From an uncultured cyanobacterium (GTDB taxonomy: Bacteria; Cyanobacteriota; Cyanobacteriia; Phormidesmidales; Phormidesmidaceae), in contig CAWBZI010000004.1 of NCBI GenBank assembly GCA_963793265.1, positions 352,001 to 416,000 of the forward strand: a stretch of 64,000 nucleotides of DNA. The letters are read 5' to 3'. Positions 59,814-64,000 of the stretch are shown here, piece after piece (position 1 is the first letter of the stretch; each line of letters starts with the position of its first letter). The notes beneath the pieces are model-generated. The model was not told where the DNA came from, searched no databases, and saw only the letters and a list, made by a program, of their open reading frames with translations. The position numbers were made by a program, and so were the translations under genes.

Positions 59814-62800
59814 TTAAAAATCAATGTTGTACTCTAGGCTGAAGTCGCTTTCGTCTAAGTTAGAGGAGCCTCGTAGCTCTAGATTGTCAGTGAAGCGATA
59901 TTCTATGCCTAGCTGAGGAGGGGTGCTGTTGTTGAGAATTTCTAAAACGCTGATGTCGAAGCGATTGCCGATGCCAGCGGTGGCCTCTACGCCGATGCCG
60001 ATGCCGACTGAGCTGCCAGGAGAGGTGTCTGTTGTGGGGAATACGCTGAAGGACTTTAACCCCACAACGTCGCCAATGGTGTTGCCGATGTTAGCTAGGG
60101 TGCCTGCGCCTAAGAAGCCGGTGAGCTGAGATAAGGAGCCGGAAGCCACGTCAGAGAATGCGCCTCTGCCGAGTAGGGCTAGTAGCTCGTTTTGGGAGCG
60201 AGAGTCATTGCTGGTAAGAACAATGTTGTCGATGATGTCACTGGCTGGCCCCTGAGCGATCGCCTCCACCCTGATAAATTCGACTTCGCCAATCGTATCA
60301 ACATTGGCGCTGATCTCGGTTTCGGCAGTCGCAAAGCCATTAACAGAAGGTGGTGCGGGGGTCGTTTGGCGATTGCGTACCCGAGCTTTTAACGCCACAT
60401 CCAGAATAGGGTCAAGGCCGTTCTCAGGAATAAACGTTGCTGTGTTAGGTGCATTTTTATCTAATCGAAACCGAGTAGAGAACAGATTGATGAGTCCTGA
60501 CTGTAGCTCGATTGTGCCCTCGGGCCGTAAATCGCTTAGAGTGCCGTTAACTGTGAGGCTTCCGAGCGCAGTGATGCTGTAAAAGGGTTGTCCGGTAATG
60601 TTGAGGCGATCGCCAAACGCCAGCTCTAGATTCTGCAACACCACATCATCAGCAAATCCTGCGGGCTTTTCTTCTGCTAAGTCCGAGGCTTCTAATCCTA
60701 AGTATTCAATTCGGTAGGGGCTGACCTCTTCTATCTCTTCTTCGGTGGGCAGTGCGATTGCGCCAAACTCACCCAGCAGCCTGTTCGCCTGCACCTGACC
60801 ATCATCAATTTCGATATTGCCGCTGATAACAGGCGTCAGCGCTGCGCCCGCAATTAAGAGCTGACCCATCAGTACAGCTTCTACCTTATCTTCGTAGTCC
60901 ACCGGAAAATCATTGAGAGAAATTGCAATTCCGTTTGCATTGCTTATGGGTAGGCCCGTCGCCTGTGGGTTTGTGCCCGTCAAAATCGACTGGCCTGAAG
61001 CTAAAAGCGGTAGCTGGCCGCTTATGCTCACCTGACCATCGCCCATAGTTGCCTGCAATTGCTGAATGCCTACCTGAGTCAGGTCAAACTGAACGTTGCC
61101 ATTGATATTAGCAAGGTCGTCTTCTAGCAAAGTACTGCTAACAAGACCTTCTCTGATGCTGGCCTGACCGACAACAACCGGATTTTGCAAACTGCCGTCT
61201 ACTTGAACAACAATCTCGCCCGCGCCACTCTCCCAACGAACCCGGTCTTCTGTAAGGAGATTGATGAAATCGAAGCTGTCACTCGGGACGGTTGCGATCG
61301 CCCTCACCTGCTCAACAGGTGGCTGCACCTCCATAAAAGGCAAGCCATAGAGTAAATTACCGCTTACTGTAATCGGCTCATCTGTCGGCTCAAGCGCCGC
61401 CTCACCGGTCAAGGCCAGCTCAGCATTGCGATAGCTAAAGTCGGCGTTTACTCTATCTAAAGGATATTCTCCCACTTGGGCACTCGCGATCGTTACTTCC
61501 CCGTCGACTGCTGGATTTGCCAAGCTCCCGTTAAACGTAGTGACCACATCCAAATCACCATCCACGTCAACTGGCAGAGGATAGAACAGTTCTGCTAGCT
61601 CTACTGGCAAATTATCTGCTACAAGCCTACCTTCTAGCCGGTTAATGCTAGCTGTTGCTGTCGCATCAACCACCGTTTCGCCTGCGTCAATTTTGAAAGT
61701 ATCCAGTGAGAGCGTTTGTTGTTGAACATCGCCGCTAATTACAAATTGATTAGGTGGTGTATAGGTGCCCCACGCCCAGCTATTACCCTGAAGGTCAAAG
61801 TCAGCGGTGAGATCGGCGGGGGAAAGTGATGAACCCGCGACTTTAATGGCACCCGTAAATTCGCCGTCTAAATCTTCTAAAGGCGGTATGACTAACGAGC
61901 CAGTGTTATCGGTGTCTTCTGGCTGATTTTCTACAAAGGCAACAAAGCTATCTAGCCGGTTTAAAAAAGTGGTTTCTGGAAGTCCTACAGGGGTTGTTGC
62001 TAAGTCTGCTGCTGAGCCTGTAGCTGTTGTATCTACTGGCCCGAACGCGCTCAGGTCTAGACTTTCAACAATAGCTACTAAGTCTTCTATTTGTCCTCGC
62101 GGAATGGTTAGCTCGCCCTCGTATTGAATCTCAGGTGCTAACGTTGCGCTTCCGTTGAGTAGATACTGACTGTCGTCTAGTAAAAGCTCTCCTTGATTTA
62201 GAGTGGCGGTGTTGTTTGCATAGCGAAACGCCGCAAAAGCCTTCTCTGCTGCAATAGGATTGATTGTGGGGTCAATGACAGTTACCTCACCCTCGACAAT
62301 CGGATTAGAAAAATCTTTTAAATCAGCATCCAGGCTTGCGTTTAGAAGTCCTCTTAGTTCTCCAAAGCTTGCTCTTAGGCTACTGCCCGCAGGCGGCTGA
62401 ATATCTAAAGCGCCTAGCGGTAGCTGAAGGATGTCAGCATGAAGTCGTCGGCCTGCCTCCCCGTATCCTTTCGCTACAAACTCCTGATTGCGCACCTCAA
62501 AGGAAATCGGCCAGGCTTCTTCATCTACGGCTAGCTGAATTTGATCCTGTGGCCCTTGCAAATCTACGCTGCCGCCGTCTGATAAAGACAGCGCGACTGG
62601 GCCTGAAAGTGGTTCAAACAACAGTTCGTTCAAGGCGAGATTGTTTAGCTGCGCGCTACCGGCTACTCGCGGATCTTGCAGTGTTCCAGTAATTCTTCCA
62701 TCAAAACTTGTGAGCCCTGCGACCTGAACATATTCTTGAACAGTCGGTGGCGCGAATCTGTTTAGTGGCTCAAGCTCGAATGAACGGAGATCCACGTTTA

Positions 62801-64000
62801 GCGCTAGTTCGCCGATGGGAATAGATTGGTTGAAATCTACGCCGATGGTGCCGTTGGCGTCTATGCCGGGTGCGCTAAAGGAGTCAATGACGACGCGATC
62901 GCCCTGAAAGTCAAAAGCAGTCGTCCAAGTCCCTGGATCTATAACCGGCTCCTGAGAACCATTGACGTATACCTGCGCGTTCGCGATCGCCGCTGTTCCT
63001 TCTGCCTGAATCTCTTCTAAATCAAACCGACCTGACCGATTAACCAGATTCACATCAGCATTGAGCAAACCGGCAACCTCTACAGTTTCTTGAGCTGCGG
63101 GCGAAGCAAATCTATTCAGTGGGGCCAGATCAAATGAACGCAGTGCCACATTAAGATCAAAATTGCCAATAGGGATATCGTTGTCGAAGTCTACGCCGAC
63201 GATGCCATTAGCGCTGACACCAGGGGCGGTGAATGAGTTTACGGCAATGCGATCACCCTCCCATTCAAACGCCGTTCGCCAGGTTCCCGGCTCTATGACA
63301 GATTGGCGAGTGTCGTTGATATAGACTTCTGCATTAGCGATCGCTGCCGACCCCCTCGCCTCAATCTGTTCTAAATCCAGCTCATCAAACCGACCTGCCG
63401 CAAACAGATCCGCGCTCAACAAGCCCCTTGCCTGAGTCGTAAACTGATCAATCGGCACGCTATCAGTCGCCGCCGTTGCCTGCCAGATGCCCTCTTCTAA
63501 CCGGGCTACAGCCTCAGCCGTAATTGTGCCATCTGCGACCCGCAAACGAGTGTTGTCTAGCACCGCAACATTATCCGCAAACGTCAGCTCGCCGCGTCCT
63601 GGAAACGTAGACTCCGATAGCTGCCACTCAGCCGAAGCAATTGGAGACGCTAGCGTACCGTTTGCTTCTACATCAGCAGTTAAAAATCCAACAACAACAT
63701 CTTTTGGCAAACTAATTCCAAACGTTCCAACAACAGGATCAACGTCTAAATCAGCCTGCGCGGTTAGCTGAAAGCTAGGATTCTGCAAATCAGTCAGATT
63801 TGCCTCGCCGCTTGCTGTAACAGTGCCACCTTCCTGCGTCACCAGGCGAAGCTGCGTCAGATCAAACAGAAGCGGAATTTCGTCTGGATTCTCAGATAGT
63901 GCTTCAAATAAGGGCTGAGATGAGGAAAGGAGAAAGTCAGCAACCGCTGTTTCAATACCGACTCTATCAACTTGCAAAGGCTGCAAGTTTGCTAGCCGCC
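59814..64000 (-). CDS. tamB: TamB (translocation and assembly module, DUF490) family protein, 5' end outside the window
   Basis: Over 1390 aa of amphipathic beta repeats; C-terminal LDPILDV, I...A.GPA, L.S...SQNELLALLG; terminal Phe. Confidence 0.85.
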   Translation of the reverse strand, partial: RLANLQPLQVDRVGIETAVADFLLSSSQPLFEALSENPDEIPLLFDLTQLRLVTQEGGTVTASGEANLTDLQNPSFQLTAQADLDVDPVVGTFGISLPKDVVVGFLTADVEANGTLASPIASAEWQLSESTFPGRGELTFADNVAVLDNTRLRVADGTITAEAVARLEEGIWQATAATDSVPIDQFTTQARGLLSADLFAAGRFDELDLEQIEARGSAAIANAEVYINDTRQSVIEPGTWRTAFEWEGDRIAVNSFTAPGVSANGIVGVDFDNDIPIGNFDLNVALRSFDLAPLNRFASPAAQETVEVAGLLNADVNLVNRSGRFDLEEIQAEGTAAIANAQVYVNGSQEPVIDPGTWTTAFDFQGDRVVIDSFSAPGIDANGTIGVDFNQSIPIGELALNVDLRSFELEPLNRFAPPTVQEYVQVAGLTSFDGRITGTLQDPRVAGSAQLNNLALNELLFEPLSGPVALSLSDGGSVDLQGPQDQIQLAVDEEAWPISFEVRNQEFVAKGYGEAGRRLHADILQLPLGALDIQPPAGSSLRASFGELRGLLNASLDADLKDFSNPIVEGEVTVIDPTINPIAAEKAFAAFRYANNTATLNQGELLLDDSQYLLNGSATLAPEIQYEGELTIPRGQIEDLVAIVESLDLSAFGPVDTTATGSAADLATTPVGLPETTFLNRLDSFVAFVENQPEDTDNTGSLVIPPLEDLDGEFTGAIKVAGSSLSPADLTADFDLQGNSWAWGTYTPPNQFVISGDVQQQTLSLDTFKIDAGETVVDATATASINRLEGRLVADNLPVELAELFYPLPVDVDGDLDVVTTFNGSLANPAVDGEVTIASAQVGEYPLDRVNADFSYRNAELALTGEAALEPTDEPITVSGNLLYGLPFMEVQPPVEQVRAIATVPSDSFDFINLLTEDRVRWESGAGEIVVQVDGSLQNPVVVGQASIREGLVSSTLLEDDLANINGNVQFDLTQVGIQQLQATMGDGQVSISGQLPLLASGQSILTGTNPQATGLPISNANGIAISLNDFPVDYEDKVEAVLMGQLLIAGAALTPVISGNIEIDDGQVQANRLLGEFGAIALPTEEEIEEVSPYRIEYLGLEASDLAEEKPAGFADDVVLQNLELAFGDRLNITGQPFYSITALGSLTVNGTLSDLRPEGTIELQSGLINLFSTRFRLDKNAPNTATFIPENGLDPILDVALKARVRNRQTTPAPPSVNGFATAETEISANVDTIGEVEFIRVEAIAQGPASDIIDNIVLTSNDSRSQNELLALLGRGAFSDVASGSLSQLTGFLGAGTLANIGNTIGDVVGLKSFSVFPTTDTSPGSSVGIGIGVEATAGIGNRFDISVLEILNNSTPPQLGIEYRFTDNLELRGSSNLDESDFSLEYNIDF

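Overview
Cyanobacterial chromosomal DNA: the HIP1 octamer GCGATCGC is very abundant, and psb35, mgdE, aas, clpB2-type clpB and a monocistronic groEL2 with CIRCE are present. Gene content suggests a Leptolyngbyaceae or Synechococcus PCC 7335-like strain (inference). Most of the window is housekeeping, lipid, transport and general-stress genes. No rRNA, tRNA, CRISPR array or transposase was recognised. The most unusual region is a regulatory island at 23.2-29.9 kb. It encodes two full ECF-like sigma factors, a stand-alone sigma2-only paralog, two proteins sharing an unrecognised helical (anti-sigma-like) domain and a divergent HTH-TPR / TPR paralog pair, and it carries a repeated TGTCACA promoter-like motif. 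Other highlights: two tandem double-glycine-leader peptides with a repeated IQKTRL(D/E)xL(D/E)xR core (orphan RiPP-like precursors); a PLP decarboxylase with the W-x19-S-x-Y CSAD motif; an AT-less stand-alone ketosynthase next to a KDSR-like reductase; a frameshifted triple C-type-lectin/GH-A gene; a giant RTX surface protein with a domain inserted in each Ig-like repeat; and a G-rich to C-rich switch centred on HIP1 sites. All calls come from reading the sequence; no database searches were run.
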